Shown: positions 1 through 10,693, counted from the first letter of the stretch. The stretch: DNA of 64,000 nucleotides from an uncultured virus (IMG/VR IMGVR_UViG_3300021511_000004) (IMGVR_UViG_3300021511_000004), one strand, 5' to 3'. Made by a program: numbers and translations. The notes: generated by a model not told the origin, from the letters alone.

Positions 1-225
1 TGGGGGAAAAGTAGAAATAATATATCATGATATAAAAGTTATGGGAATTAAGTCGGATTGGGATACCTTGAATCCGTGGAGGGATAATTTTAGATCAAGA
101 CTTGCGGTTAGATTTTTGAATGAGATTGATAGTCCAAAAATATGGCTAAAAAGAAATTTTGATGAGGCTGTAAAAGATTTAGTAGATGTTACACCAAAAT
201 TAATTATAAAAAAGTAGGATATAAA

Positions 226-852
226 ATGTTTAATAGAATACTTGTAATAGGAGCGCATACAGATGATGTTGAAATTATGTGCGGAGGAACTATATCAAAG
301 TTTATTGAGTTTGGTAGTGAAGTTTATTATTCGACATTTTCATATGCTGATAAATCATTACCAGAGGGATTTCCAGAAGGAACGACTGGCAAAGAAGTTC
401 TTCAAGCAACAGCCGTTTTTAACATTCGACCTATAAATGTATTTTTATTTGATTTTGAAGTAAGAGTATTTCCAAAATTCAGACAAGAGATTTTAGAAAA
501 TTTAGTTAAATTAAGGAAATCTATAGATCCCGATTTAGTTATAACACATAATTCAAATGATACACACCAAGATCATAAGGTAATTTCAGAAGAAACGTTT
601 AGAGCCTTTAAACAAACTTCTTCGATTTGGGGATATGAGTCATTTAAAAATAATAGAGTATTTGATAATGATTTGTATGTTAAATTGAATAGTTTTCATA
701 TAGACAAAAAGATTCAAGCGATGTCAAAATATAAATCTCAAATAGTTAAGTATGATAATCGGAGTGCTGTTGAGGCATTAGCAAAATATAGAGGCGCACA
801 AATTAATAATAGTTATGCAGAATGTTTTGAAGTAATGAGGATGATTATATGA
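226..852 (+). CDS. PIG-L/LmbE family N-acetylhexosamine deacetylase
   Basis: AHTDDVE and DTHQDH metal-binding motifs. Confidence 0.9.
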   Translation: MFNRILVIGAHTDDVEIMCGGTISKFIEFGSEVYYSTFSYADKSLPEGFPEGTTGKEVLQATAVFNIRPINVFLFDFEVRVFPKFRQEILENLVKLRKSIDPDLVITHNSNDTHQDHKVISEETFRAFKQTSSIWGYESFKNNRVFDNDLYVKLNSFHIDKKIQAMSKYKSQIVKYDNRSAVEALAKYRGAQINNSYAECFEVMRMII

Positions 853-1739
853 AAAAATTTGCATTAATTGGGTGTGGTGGTTTTGTTGCACCAAGACATA
901 TGAAAGCAGTCAAAGATACAGGGAATGAAATCATTGCAATGCTTGATCCACATGATTCAGTTGGTATAATAGATAGTTATTTTCCAGATTCTGCATTTTT
1001 TACTGAATTTGAAAGATTTGATAGACATCTTGAAAAATTAAAAAGAAGGGGTGAAGGTGTTGATTATGTTAGTATTTGTTCACCTAATTATTTACATGAT
1101 GCTCATTGTAGATTAGCATTAAGACTTGGAGCAGATGCTATTTGTGAAAAACCTTTAGTTTTAAATCCATGGAATCTTGATCAGCTAAGGGAAATTGAAA
1201 ATGATAATAACCGAAGAATATATACAGTTTTGCAATTGAGACTTCATCCTGACTTAATAGAATTAAAGAAAAAGATAAATAATAAAAAATATAAAGTTGT
1301 AATAAACTATGTTACACCTAGAGGAGAATGGTATGGTAGGTCATGGAAGGGAGATGTAGATAAGTCTGGAGGATTGGCAACAAATATTGGTATTCATTTA
1401 TTTGATATGGTTATTTGGTTGTTTGGTGAATACAAAGATGTTTCAATATTCAGAAATGAATCTAAGTGTGTCAGTGGTAATATTGTATTAGAAAAAGCAG
1501 AGGTTGATTTTTTCCTATCAACACAAAAAGAAGATCTCCCAGAAGGTTATTCATCATATAGATTAATTGAAATTGATGGAGAACCTCTTAGATTTGATAA
1601 ATCTTTTACAGATTTACACACTGCTGTATATAAGGATATTTTAGATGGAAATGGTTTTGGTATTGATGATTCTTTACCATCTCTTGAATTAGTTTATAAA
1701 ATAAGGGAGAGATATTATAATGAATTATTTTGTTCATGA
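849..1739 (+). CDS. wbpB: Gfo/Idh/MocA oxidoreductase, WbpB-like UDP-GlcNAcA 3-dehydrogenase
   Basis: GCGGFVAPRH, DSVGIIDSYFP, ICSPNYLHDAH, CEKPL, NIGIHLFD; adjacent to a WbpD-like gene. Confidence 0.85.
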   Translation: MKKFALIGCGGFVAPRHMKAVKDTGNEIIAMLDPHDSVGIIDSYFPDSAFFTEFERFDRHLEKLKRRGEGVDYVSICSPNYLHDAHCRLALRLGADAICEKPLVLNPWNLDQLREIENDNNRRIYTVLQLRLHPDLIELKKKINNKKYKVVINYVTPRGEWYGRSWKGDVDKSGGLATNIGIHLFDMVIWLFGEYKDVSIFRNESKCVSGNIVLEKAEVDFFLSTQKEDLPEGYSSYRLIEIDGEPLRFDKSFTDLHTAVYKDILDGNGFGIDDSLPSLELVYKIRERYYNELFCS

Positions 1740-2229
1740 TTCTTCTTATGTAGATGAGGGTGCTGTAATAGGGGAAGGTACAAAGATTTGGCACTTTTGT
1801 CATATCACGTCTAAAGCTAAAATAGGAAAGAATTGTAATATTGGACAAAATGTTTTTATAGGAGATAATGTTATTTTAGGTGATAACTGTAAAGTCCAAA
1901 ATAACGTTTCTATTTATGAGGGAGTAATTATAGAAGATGGTGTATTTGTTGGACCTTCTGTTGTATTTACAAATATTAGAGCTCCAAGATCTTTTATCAG
2001 TAGGAAAAACAAATATATTAAAACTGTTATAAAAAAGGGTGCTACATTAGGAGCAAACTCCACAATAATTTGTGGTATAACTATTTGTGAATATTCGTTT
2101 GTTGGAGCCGGATCTATTGTTACAAAAGGAGTTCCTCCACATACTACTGTTTATGGAAATCCAGCCAGAATAATAGGGTCTGTGTCAAGAGATGCAAATG
2201 AACTTTTAGTAAATTGGGAAAATAAATGA
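1720..2229 (+). CDS. wbpD: Hexapeptide-repeat N-acetyltransferase, WbpD-like
   Basis: IGEGTKIWHF, KVQNNVSIYEGV, GPSVVFTN, YGNPAR. Confidence 0.85.
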   Translation: MNYFVHDSSYVDEGAVIGEGTKIWHFCHITSKAKIGKNCNIGQNVFIGDNVILGDNCKVQNNVSIYEGVIIEDGVFVGPSVVFTNIRAPRSFISRKNKYIKTVIKKGATLGANSTIICGITICEYSFVGAGSIVTKGVPPHTTVYGNPARIIGSVSRDANELLVNWENK

Positions 2230-2822
2230 TGGATATTAAAAGCAAAGTTGAAGCAGATCAAGCTGAGGTACGATACTTAGCATCTAATTGGATATCTCCA
2301 GAAGAAGAGAGAATTATTGAAATTGGTTGTGACACTGGAAACTTTGCGACATTATTAGAGAAAAGACATATAACTAACTATATAGGAATTGATATAGAAG
2401 GTGATGCAATCAAGAAAGCTAGAAAACTCCATCCCAAATTTAAATTTTATTGTGCTGATATTACTGAGAATTTATATTATGTAACTAAAGCATCAATGAT
2501 TATTTCATTTTATTCTTTTCAGTGCATTGAAGATGATTTAGAAATACTAAACAATATACCACCAGGAACTAAGATAATTTTATCAGTTCCAAACAGTTCA
2601 TATAAAAATTATCATGTAAGGTGGTTTGAACTAGAAGGTTGGGAAGAAAGGTTTTCTGAATTTATAGATTTCAACAAGATTATATCTTGTCAAACTACTA
2701 GAAAACCTGGCAAAAAAATATTTTTGTTTAGAGGTGTTAGAAATAATTATATTGATAGGCAAACTATTAAATTTTTTAGAGATGTAACATTTGATAACAT
2801 GATGTTTAATAGGAATTTATAA
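2226..2822 (+). CDS. Class I SAM-dependent methyltransferase
   Basis: IIEIGCDTG motif I, YIGIDI motif II. Confidence 0.75.
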   Translation: MMDIKSKVEADQAEVRYLASNWISPEEERIIEIGCDTGNFATLLEKRHITNYIGIDIEGDAIKKARKLHPKFKFYCADITENLYYVTKASMIISFYSFQCIEDDLEILNNIPPGTKIILSVPNSSYKNYHVRWFELEGWEERFSEFIDFNKIISCQTTRKPGKKIFLFRGVRNNYIDRQTIKFFRDVTFDNMMFNRNL

Positions 2823-2835
2823 TCGAGGAAATAAA

Positions 2836-3507
2836 ATGCAAATTTTAATTGTTGGTTTTCAAAGGTCTGGCACCACTCTATTAAGAAGGATACTTAGCAT
2901 TCATCCACAAGTTAGGAGTATGTTTCATGAAGTTTTCTTGTTACATAAATTTGATAATAAAAATGATGTAATTCAATTTGTTAATGATAAGGGTGTTAAT
3001 CCAGTTTTAGAAAATTGGGGAGAAAAAGCTCCATTTTATCCAAATGTGAAAGGAATTTCTGTTATAGATTATTGTAGAACATGGAACGGATATTTTGGAG
3101 AGACTAGTCGTATTTTACATATAGTAAGGCACCCAATTGATGTTGCTCAATCTGTTGTTGTAAAAAGGGGTAAGGGTGGTATTAAACAACCTTTAAACTT
3201 TTATAAATTAAAAATGCGTTCATATATTTCTAAAATACAAAATATTAAAACTAGTTTTACATTTAAATATGAAGATATGCTTATGAATCCAGATGAGATG
3301 ATTCCACAAATATTTGAATTTTGTGGTCTTAATAAAGATATTGATTTTAGAGAAGCATTATCACTATTAGAAAATCCTAAATATCAAACTATTAATCCTT
3401 CTAGAGCATTTGCATATAGGAGCAGTCCTCCAGTTGTAAAAATTAATTTAAGCGGTGTATATCATTCTATAAATAAAAAAATTGGTGGGGTGGAATATAC
3501 AATATGA
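2836..3507 (+). CDS. Sulfotransferase family protein
   Basis: GFQRSGTTLL PAPS-binding loop, IVRHPIDVAQS, KYEDM. Confidence 0.85.
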   Translation: MQILIVGFQRSGTTLLRRILSIHPQVRSMFHEVFLLHKFDNKNDVIQFVNDKGVNPVLENWGEKAPFYPNVKGISVIDYCRTWNGYFGETSRILHIVRHPIDVAQSVVVKRGKGGIKQPLNFYKLKMRSYISKIQNIKTSFTFKYEDMLMNPDEMIPQIFEFCGLNKDIDFREALSLLENPKYQTINPSRAFAYRSSPPVVKINLSGVYHSINKKIGGVEYTI

Positions 3508-4163
3508 AAATATTAGTTGTTGGTTTTCCAAGAAGTGGTACTAGCTTAACTCACAGGATATTTGCGAAACATCCAGCTGTAAAAGGGATGCTTTTTGAAA
3601 AGTGGGCATTAAAGCAAGCTCCGAATATAAATGGATTGATTAAAAGGAATCCAATGTTCAAGGTAACATGTGGCGAAAAAATTATATGGGAAAAGCGAGT
3701 AACTGGAAAAATTGGCAAGACAGATGAAAATATTATTGATTATTGTTTAAAATGGAATGATTGGTTTAAAGATGAAGCGAAAATAGTTCAAATTATAAGA
3801 CACCCATTTGACTCATTAAATTCTCTTGTTATATCAAAGAAAAGATTTCCAAGAGGGCCGCTTTTTGGTACTGTCTATCCAGAGTATTTAAATAATGCTG
3901 TGAGATTTATAAATGGTATAAAATCTATACCTAATTGTATGACTATTAAATATGAAACTTTGATTTCAAATCCAGACAAAACAATAAAAAGATTATATAA
4001 ACATTGTAATATTGATCCAAGTCATAAACATAAAGAAGCGATGAAAGTAAGAAGAATTTTTAACTATAAAAAGAAAGACTTTTTATTTAAATATGATGAT
4101 AGACTACAAATAATCATTGATACTTTTAATGAAGTAGAAGGGGTTGAGTATCATGGCTTGTAA
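3504..4163 (+). CDS. Sulfotransferase family protein (tandem paralog)
   Basis: GFPRSGTSL, IIRHPFDSLNS, KYETL. Confidence 0.85.
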   Translation: MKILVVGFPRSGTSLTHRIFAKHPAVKGMLFEKWALKQAPNINGLIKRNPMFKVTCGEKIIWEKRVTGKIGKTDENIIDYCLKWNDWFKDEAKIVQIIRHPFDSLNSLVISKKRFPRGPLFGTVYPEYLNNAVRFINGIKSIPNCMTIKYETLISNPDKTIKRLYKHCNIDPSHKHKEAMKVRRIFNYKKKDFLFKYDDRLQIIIDTFNEVEGVEYHGL

Positions 4164-4473
4164 TAAGGATTATGATTATAAATGTGATGACTGTGTAGAT
4201 GCGTGGGCGTTATCGAGATTGTACTCGTGTTATGAAGCTGCACATCCAGTTGCAGATTTAGAATTTGAAGTGGAGGTAGGAGATTGTGTGGAAGCTAATC
4301 AGGGACGTGAGAGATTTTGGGTTCAGGTTACTGATGTTTGTGTATGCTACATTATTGGTATCGTTATTAGCGATTTACATTTTAATCATCCATTTACTAA
4401 AGGGAGCAGAATCAGATTAGAGATATTCCATATTTATAATGTAGATAAAGGGTGCAAACGAATATTATCTTAG
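4144..4473 (+). CDS. Hypothetical protein, DUF2314-like
   Basis: ERFWVQV...GIVISDL pattern. Confidence 0.4.
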   Translation: MSIMACNKDYDYKCDDCVDAWALSRLYSCYEAAHPVADLEFEVEVGDCVEANQGRERFWVQVTDVCVCYIIGIVISDLHFNHPFTKGSRIRLEIFHIYNVDKGCKRILS

Positions 4474-4614
4474 AACAAAATACTAAAGGTGATGTTATGA
4501 GAATTTTGAAGGTATATATTTGTAAACACAATCATATAAAGTACTCAGAATATGAACCTGATATTTGTAATATTTGTGGTAACGCGTCATTCAAATTAAT
4601 TCGTGGTATAACTA

Positions 4615-5328
4615 TTGAAATGGGGGACAGATATGGGATATCCAGAGAATCCGAAGACGATTATAGTAAAGAACTCATTTTATCCAAACGGATTAACTGA
4701 ACTAGATATTTGGAATTATTATCAAAAATTTAAGGGACGTTTTTTACAATCAACTAAAAATAGAGATCTGACTGCCCTTATTATGGTTGATGTAAATAAA
4801 CCAGTTATTAGAAGAAAAAATGTTGGTGGAAAAACAATCCGACTGACTCCACAAAATTATGATAAAGTAATCACTGGAAGAACTATAGGTTTTTATTCAG
4901 CTATGACTTCTACTGAACAATTTGGAATTATAGATATTGATATTGATCCAAGAGATGGTTTTGCATGGGCGAAAAAAGCTACTATTGATGTTTATGATTA
5001 TGTTATGGATAAAATGCCTGTTGTTCGTAGCGCTTCAATAAGATTCACTGGAAAGAGTTCTTTTCATGTGATATGTGATTTTGGAAGGAGAATGAAAATT
5101 GATACAGCTCGCTTTATGTTAAGAAAATTTTTACAAAATTCAGATTTAGCAAAAGCATATACAATTGAAGCAAAGAGAAGATCAGGTATTCCGAATTTAG
5201 ATTTATCGCCAAATAAAATAAGGGGAAATTATATTACTTTACATTCATTATCAATAATTGGGTTGAAATGTATGGAGGTACCATATAATCAGTTGAGTAG
5301 TTTTAATCCAATGCGAGCGAGGATTTAA
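4615..5328 (+). CDS. Archaeo-eukaryotic primase superfamily protein resembling the LigD polymerase domain (likely start 4633)
   Basis: GLTELDIWNYY, IIDIDID (DxD), FTGKSSFHV, PNLDLSPN. Confidence 0.7.
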   Translation: MKWGTDMGYPENPKTIIVKNSFYPNGLTELDIWNYYQKFKGRFLQSTKNRDLTALIMVDVNKPVIRRKNVGGKTIRLTPQNYDKVITGRTIGFYSAMTSTEQFGIIDIDIDPRDGFAWAKKATIDVYDYVMDKMPVVRSASIRFTGKSSFHVICDFGRRMKIDTARFMLRKFLQNSDLAKAYTIEAKRRSGIPNLDLSPNKIRGNYITLHSLSIIGLKCMEVPYNQLSSFNPMRARI

Positions 5329-5347
5329 TTATACAACGGAGGATACA

Positions 5348-6277
5348 TTGATGGAATTAACAGATAGGATTCATTGTGATACTATTATTTTTTGTACAAA
5401 AGCAGAACTACAAATTGAGATAGATAGGAGATTTAATGCTCCAATGTCAGTTGCGAGACTTTTAACAAAATTTCCTTTGACATATAGAAAAGATCCTGAA
5501 GATGAACGAGATTATTTATTAGCGGGATCAGAAGTAAATGTTTTAGAATCGGAAGGATTTTCTAATGCAGTTGACCATACACTAAAAATGACTCCTGTTA
5601 AAAATCAGGGGAGTCTTGGTAGTTGTGTTGGGTTTGCGGTTACTGCTATGAAAGAATGGCAAGAACGACACGAACATGAAGAAGAAGTTGCAGCAGGAAA
5701 GAGAGATACAAGAAAAGGAAAAATTTATGATCTTTCAGAGTCTTGGTTATATTGGAAGAGTAAAGAAATTGATGCTTGGCCGGGAGAAGAAGGAACTTCA
5801 ATTAGATACGCTATGAAGGTTCTTAATAGAGTAGGTGTGCCGACTGAGAGTGCATGGCCTTATGATGATGTAGATTTTGGAGAACCGAAAAGATGGGCAG
5901 ATATGGTTGCTAGATGGGCATTGATCGAGTCTTATTGGAGAATTAATAATATAGTTGAACTAAAAACAGCTTTAACTGATGGACCAGTTCCAATCGGCGT
6001 GCCATGTTTTTATGAATTTTTCTTTGCAGGAGATGATGGTATAATCTCATATCCTGAAAATCCAGATATGATTTATGGTGGACATGCTATATGCGCTGTT
6101 GGATATGATGATGATACTAAACTAATTAAGTTTAAAAATAGCTGGGGTTATGGTTGGGGTCAAAACGGTTATGGTTATCTCCCATATAAATATATTGATG
6201 ATTTTCTTTGGGATGCATGGACTTGTAAAGATCTGAGCGTAACAAGAGAGATGTTGAAAGGTGCGAGAGAATTATAA
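5348..6277 (+). CDS. Papain-like C1A cysteine peptidase
   Basis: PVKNQGSLGSCVGFA, GGHAI, KNSWGYGWGQNGY. Confidence 0.92.
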   Translation: MMELTDRIHCDTIIFCTKAELQIEIDRRFNAPMSVARLLTKFPLTYRKDPEDERDYLLAGSEVNVLESEGFSNAVDHTLKMTPVKNQGSLGSCVGFAVTAMKEWQERHEHEEEVAAGKRDTRKGKIYDLSESWLYWKSKEIDAWPGEEGTSIRYAMKVLNRVGVPTESAWPYDDVDFGEPKRWADMVARWALIESYWRINNIVELKTALTDGPVPIGVPCFYEFFFAGDDGIISYPENPDMIYGGHAICAVGYDDDTKLIKFKNSWGYGWGQNGYGYLPYKYIDDFLWDAWTCKDLSVTREMLKGAREL

Positions 6278-6304
6278 TAAATTAAAGAGAAAAGGAAAAA
6301 AACT

Positions 6305-7330
6305 GTGAAAAGATTTTGGTTATTTAGATCAAATATAAGAGATTTAGAATATTATCATGAATTTAAAGATTTAGATACATTCAAGAAAAAATGTCATGAT
6401 TTCTATATGCTATTTCCAATTTGGTTGTTAGAGAATGGCCATTTTGGTGAAGTAGTTATATGGCGCCTTGGAGATTACGCACGTGATGATATAATTTTTA
6501 ATGTTAATGGCAGAAAATTTATTCAAAGATGGTGCAGAAATTTTACTCAAACATTAAAATATTTTTCGCCATCAATGTCACTATGGAGAGGTGGATTTAA
6601 AGAATATGACGATATTACAAAATTACATCCTGAGCATTTTGGAGTAAAATTATATTTAGGAACAGGAAAGAGAACTTACCCACAGTATGGTGGCAAGTAT
6701 GATGTGATATTACAAGAAGATGAAAAAGACTTCAAGGCAGATTACAAATGTATGCCATTTTATAAAACAGCTTCGCCTTATATATTCAAAAGTGATAACG
6801 TTAATATTAAATGGGATATATGTTGGCCATGTAATTTCTCGCAGATAAGACATAAAGGTCAAGAAGAGTTTATCACCACGATAGCAAAATATCCAAGTTT
6901 ACAAAAATTAAAGATTGTTCATTGTGGAAATAAACCTGAAGTTGGAAAAAGAATGTGTGAAAAATATGGAGTTAAGAATATTAAATTTTTGGGATGGCAA
7001 ACTAGAGAAGAATTATGTAATGTGTTAAATACAAGTAAATTTGGATTATGTATGAGCAACAGAGTTGATGGTTGCCCAAGAGTTGCAACAGAGATATTAA
7101 TGACAGAAACACCAATGATTCTTAGTGAAAAAACTAGATTATTACCTTCATATAAAAAGAATGGGATTGTTGAAGTTAATGAGAAAAACATAGAAGAGAA
7201 AATTTTATGGGCAATGAAGAATCAAGCCGATTTAAAATCTCAAGTTTCTTATGCAGTTAATAATACAATTTCATTTGATAAAATCTGCCAAAAAAATATT
7301 AATAGGTGGAAAGTAGATCTAAAAATATAA
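6305..7330 (+). CDS. GT-B (GT4-like) glycosyltransferase
   Basis: RHKGQ, IKFLGW, DGCPRVATE C-terminal GT4 signature. Confidence 0.75.
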   Translation: MKRFWLFRSNIRDLEYYHEFKDLDTFKKKCHDFYMLFPIWLLENGHFGEVVIWRLGDYARDDIIFNVNGRKFIQRWCRNFTQTLKYFSPSMSLWRGGFKEYDDITKLHPEHFGVKLYLGTGKRTYPQYGGKYDVILQEDEKDFKADYKCMPFYKTASPYIFKSDNVNIKWDICWPCNFSQIRHKGQEEFITTIAKYPSLQKLKIVHCGNKPEVGKRMCEKYGVKNIKFLGWQTREELCNVLNTSKFGLCMSNRVDGCPRVATEILMTETPMILSEKTRLLPSYKKNGIVEVNEKNIEEKILWAMKNQADLKSQVSYAVNNTISFDKICQKNINRWKVDLKI

Positions 7331-7352
7331 GTCCGTTATAGACTTATATTTT
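7322..7352. terminator. Bidirectional intrinsic terminator
   Basis: AAAATATAAGTC...GACTTATATTTT hairpin between convergent genes. Confidence 0.7.
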
Positions 7353-7368
7353 ACAACCATTGGTTGTC

Positions 7369-7974
7369 TTACACTTTTAGTATCCTCTTCTTCAGCATAT
7401 CAGGCATCTTTTTCATTTCTTTTAACTGTCTTTTCAGATACTTTTCCACTTCTAAACTATCGGTATGTTTGGCAGTGAATTTCATCATTTTTTTCATCGG
7501 CCACAGAACTATTGATATTCCTTTGGAAGCAATGGGTGCCAGACGTTTTCGTCCTTTTGTATCTAGCTTGTCAAGAATTTTGAATAACCACATTTTATTA
7601 ACTACTATATATGTTAATTTATCATGTGGGAGAGGTTGCCCCTGATATATAATATCAAATTCTGCTTCCCGAAGCTTTGTAAGATATTCCTTTCTTTTTG
7701 CATGCTCTTCTTTATCGAAGTCTTTTGGAGTTTTGCCGATTTTTTCCCAATTAGCTTCTTCATCTCTTAAAATCCGCAGATCATTATGGGCCTTTTTTCG
7801 GATCTGCTCAGCTTCTTTCAATTGTTTAACAATGGTTCTATAAATATCCATTGCTTGATAATAGTTATCTGAAATGAAGCCAATAGTTTCTTCCAAATCC
7901 CCATAGTCAAATGACTTGTCGTTGAACTCCTGATCTATTTTATAACCTATAGACATAATAAAACCTCCTTTCAA
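7369..7974 (-). CDS. Hypothetical protein (putative early gene)
   Basis: Long ORF with AGGAGG SD, preceded by CTATATATATTAAT motif. Confidence 0.7.
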   Translation of the reverse strand: MKGGFIMSIGYKIDQEFNDKSFDYGDLEETIGFISDNYYQAMDIYRTIVKQLKEAEQIRKKAHNDLRILRDEEANWEKIGKTPKDFDKEEHAKRKEYLTKLREAEFDIIYQGQPLPHDKLTYIVVNKMWLFKILDKLDTKGRKRLAPIASKGISIVLWPMKKMMKFTAKHTDSLEVEKYLKRQLKEMKKMPDMLKKRILKV

Positions 7975-7992
7975 CTTGGTTAATATTCATTT

Positions 7993-8006
7993 ATTAATAT
8001 ATATAG
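7993..8006 (-). promoter_or_regulatory. Conserved 14-mer CTATATATATTAAT, putative early promoter
   Basis: Identical copies at 7993, 8532, 47491 and 51447, each upstream of a minus-strand unit. Confidence 0.6.
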
Positions 8007-8091
8007 AACAAAAAAAGTAACTAAAAATTTTTCATAAAAAATAAGGAATCGAAATGCATCCCTTATTTTTGCTGTTGTTATATGGTTTATG

Positions 8092-8508
8092 TTACATGCT
8101 GTCTGCTTCTGCCTCGTTGCCATCTTTGGTCAGATAGTCATATATCAACCATCCGCCGACTGTAGTGGCTACTGTGACGACTGCCAAACCGGTCCAGCTG
8201 AGGGCCTTTTTTACCGGTATTTTTCTAGCGGTATCCTTTACGGATTCCTTTGCCGCTGAAACTTTTTGATGAATAACACCTTTTGGCCGGGCTGCTTTGT
8301 AGGCATCTGTTGCTTTCTTTAAATTAGTTTTGGAACGTTTGAGAACTGTCTTCCTGGCATCCTGTGAATATTCATCGCTGACCTTTTTGAGATTATCCTT
8401 TGCCGTTTTCACTGACTCCTTACATTTTTCAACTTTCTGCGCTAAAATTTTGAGGTCTTCATCGCTCATAATAAATTCTCCTTTTAATGAAGGGTTAATA
8501 AGAACCAA
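8092..8508 (-). CDS. Hypothetical Lys-rich coiled-coil protein with C-terminal membrane anchor
   Basis: Hydrophobic segment WTGLAVVTVATTVGGWLIY. Confidence 0.65.
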   Translation of the reverse strand: MVLINPSLKGEFIMSDEDLKILAQKVEKCKESVKTAKDNLKKVSDEYSQDARKTVLKRSKTNLKKATDAYKAARPKGVIHQKVSAAKESVKDTARKIPVKKALSWTGLAVVTVATTVGGWLIYDYLTKDGNEAEADSM

Positions 8509-8531
8509 CAGCAGTTCTTGATATTTCAGGC

Positions 8532-8545
8532 ATTAATATATATAG
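8532..8545 (-). promoter_or_regulatory. Conserved 14-mer CTATATATATTAAT, putative early promoter
   Basis: Exact repeat of the motif. Confidence 0.6.
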
Positions 8546-8616
8546 TTAATATGACTATAATGGATTAAGATTATGGGATGATTATTTAATTTTTAGGAAC
8601 ATAATATAAATAAATT

Positions 8617-9240
8617 GTGAAAGGATATAGTTCAATGAAAAGCGATGGAAGTCCAAGTTTTCTTGCGAGTTCAAAAGAAAATGAATCTGAAAGATTTAAT
8701 TTAGTAATTTTATTTAGTGGTGGTGCCGATAGCATTCTTATGCTACATATGGCAAAATTTATGGGATACAATCCATATTGTGTTATTATTGATTATCAAC
8801 AACTTCATTATGGTGAAGTTACTACCTCATTAGCATTCTTCAAAAGAAATGATACACCATACCGTCTTGTTAAACTTCATGATCTTCAAATTCAAAGTGG
8901 GTTGACTGGAGCAGGTGAGAAAGGTAGATTTGAAGGTGTAAATGAGATGCATGTGCCGTCAAGAAATCTAATGTTTGTTGGGATTGCAACCTCAATTGCA
9001 GAAGATATGGGAGTTGATACTATTTGGATGGGAGCCGATCTCAGTGATTTTGTTAATAAATTTCCAGACTGTATGCAAACATGGTTTGGAGCTGTTAATG
9101 AAGTATTAAAAATCAATGGACCAACCTCCATTAGACTTCAAAGTCCATTAATGGGAATGTTGAAAGAAGATATTCTTGAAATTTTAAAAAATATTGGGGT
9201 TAATGAGGAAAATATATTCAGTGGTTATGGAAACTTATAA
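8617..9240 (+). CDS. queC: 7-cyano-7-deazaguanine synthase QueC-like
   Basis: LFSGGADS, IDYQQLH, VPSRNLMF, FPDC; lacks the C-terminal CxxCxxC Zn motif. Confidence 0.85.
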   Translation: MKGYSSMKSDGSPSFLASSKENESERFNLVILFSGGADSILMLHMAKFMGYNPYCVIIDYQQLHYGEVTTSLAFFKRNDTPYRLVKLHDLQIQSGLTGAGEKGRFEGVNEMHVPSRNLMFVGIATSIAEDMGVDTIWMGADLSDFVNKFPDCMQTWFGAVNEVLKINGPTSIRLQSPLMGMLKEDILEILKNIGVNEENIFSGYGNL

Positions 9241-10003
9241 TGTTAATGAATTACCATTCTGTACTTGTGGATGTGGAAAGCGAGTTTCGAGATCTGGAAA
9301 TAAATATATTAATGGTCATTATTGGAAAGGAAAAATTGGAAGCAGAAAAGGACAAAAATTAACAAAAGAAACTAAAAACAAGATGTCTAAATCTGCTATA
9401 AAAAAATTCCAGGAAAGACCGACACTTAGGAATAAGTGTGGATATCAGAAATTTACTTATAAAAGAATTTCAGAAAAATATAATTTTTTATTTGATTATG
9501 AAGATATAAGAGAGAATAAAAACAAAAAACTTCAGTTTAGATGTAAAGAATGTAAAAAGTGGTTTATACCAAAATCTTCGCAATTGGCTGAAAGAATTAG
9601 AGCAATAAAACAAAATATTAGATTAATACATCATTACTTATATTGTTCAGACGATTGTAAAAAGAATTGTAAATATTATAATCGACATTCAGATCCAGAT
9701 GAATATGAAAAACTTAAACGGTATAGAATACTTGTTTTGAGCGAGACAGATAGAAGTTTTAGAAATCATAAAAATAAGATTGAGAATATTAATTTACTAA
9801 AAAAGAAACAATATCAACTAGATCATAGATATTCAGTTTATCAAGGTTTTTTGGACAAAGTTGATCCCCATATTATTGGTCATTGGAAAAATTTAGAAGT
9901 TTTAACACAAAAAGAAAATAGAAGAAAAAGCTATGATTGTTCAATTACTTTAGATGAATTAAAAGAAATGATCGGAAGGGATTATAATGAAACTAAAATT
10001 TAA
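9194..10003 (+). CDS. Putative homing endonuclease (NUMOD3 + HNH-like)
   Basis: CTCGCG, KETKNKMS, QLDHRYS...NLEVL...ENRRK. Confidence 0.75.
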   Translation: MGLMRKIYSVVMETYNVNELPFCTCGCGKRVSRSGNKYINGHYWKGKIGSRKGQKLTKETKNKMSKSAIKKFQERPTLRNKCGYQKFTYKRISEKYNFLFDYEDIRENKNKKLQFRCKECKKWFIPKSSQLAERIRAIKQNIRLIHHYLYCSDDCKKNCKYYNRHSDPDEYEKLKRYRILVLSETDRSFRNHKNKIENINLLKKKQYQLDHRYSVYQGFLDKVDPHIIGHWKNLEVLTQKENRRKSYDCSITLDELKEMIGRDYNETKI

Positions 10004-10351
10004 CATTAGTAAGGGAAGACAGATAGGTGAATTGATTAAAGATAATACTAAAACTGTTTGGGTAACATTTAAATATAAGAAGAATATTGCAGAGGAAGGT
10101 GCAGAAGCTATCTTTAAAAAATTTATTGCTATTATTAAAAGACATAAAATAAAACATAATGTTATTGCTGTGGAGGACTAAATATCATGCGTTATAATAT
10201 AAAGAGGTGGTATGAGAATGAAGCTGAAAATGAAAGGTTTAGATTACAAGATTGTGAACGGCTTGAGGTTATAAAACAAGCAATTAAAGCAATTGATTAT
10301 GCTCAAAATTTTGAAGCTATAGTAAGTGGACCGGAAAGGGAGACATTATAA

Positions 10352-10693
10352 ATGGATTTTACAGATTATCAGATACAAACCAGAATAACAGATAAAGGAA
10401 CTGGAGAGAAACATGGTATTAGTCCACCTTGGTTATATTATGTGTTGGGAATTTCTGGAGAAACTGGCGAGTTAGTTGAAAAGATTAAAAAACATTTCAG
10501 AGATGATTATGGTGTAATGACAGTTCAAAAATTGGGTGAAATCGAGAAAGAGATGGGAGATGTCCTCTGGTATTGCGCAAGATTGGCGGATGTTCTGGAT
10601 CTGGATTTCAGTGAAGTAGCGGAAGAAAATATGAGAAAGCTTTTAGATAGAAAAGCAAGAAATAAAATACATGGGGATGGAGATAACAGGTAA
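10352..10693 (+). CDS. MazG-like NTP pyrophosphohydrolase
   Basis: LGISGETGELVEKIKK, EMGDVLWY, GDGDNR. Confidence 0.9.
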   Translation: MDFTDYQIQTRITDKGTGEKHGISPPWLYYVLGISGETGELVEKIKKHFRDDYGVMTVQKLGEIEKEMGDVLWYCARLADVLDLDFSEVAEENMRKLLDRKARNKIHGDGDNR

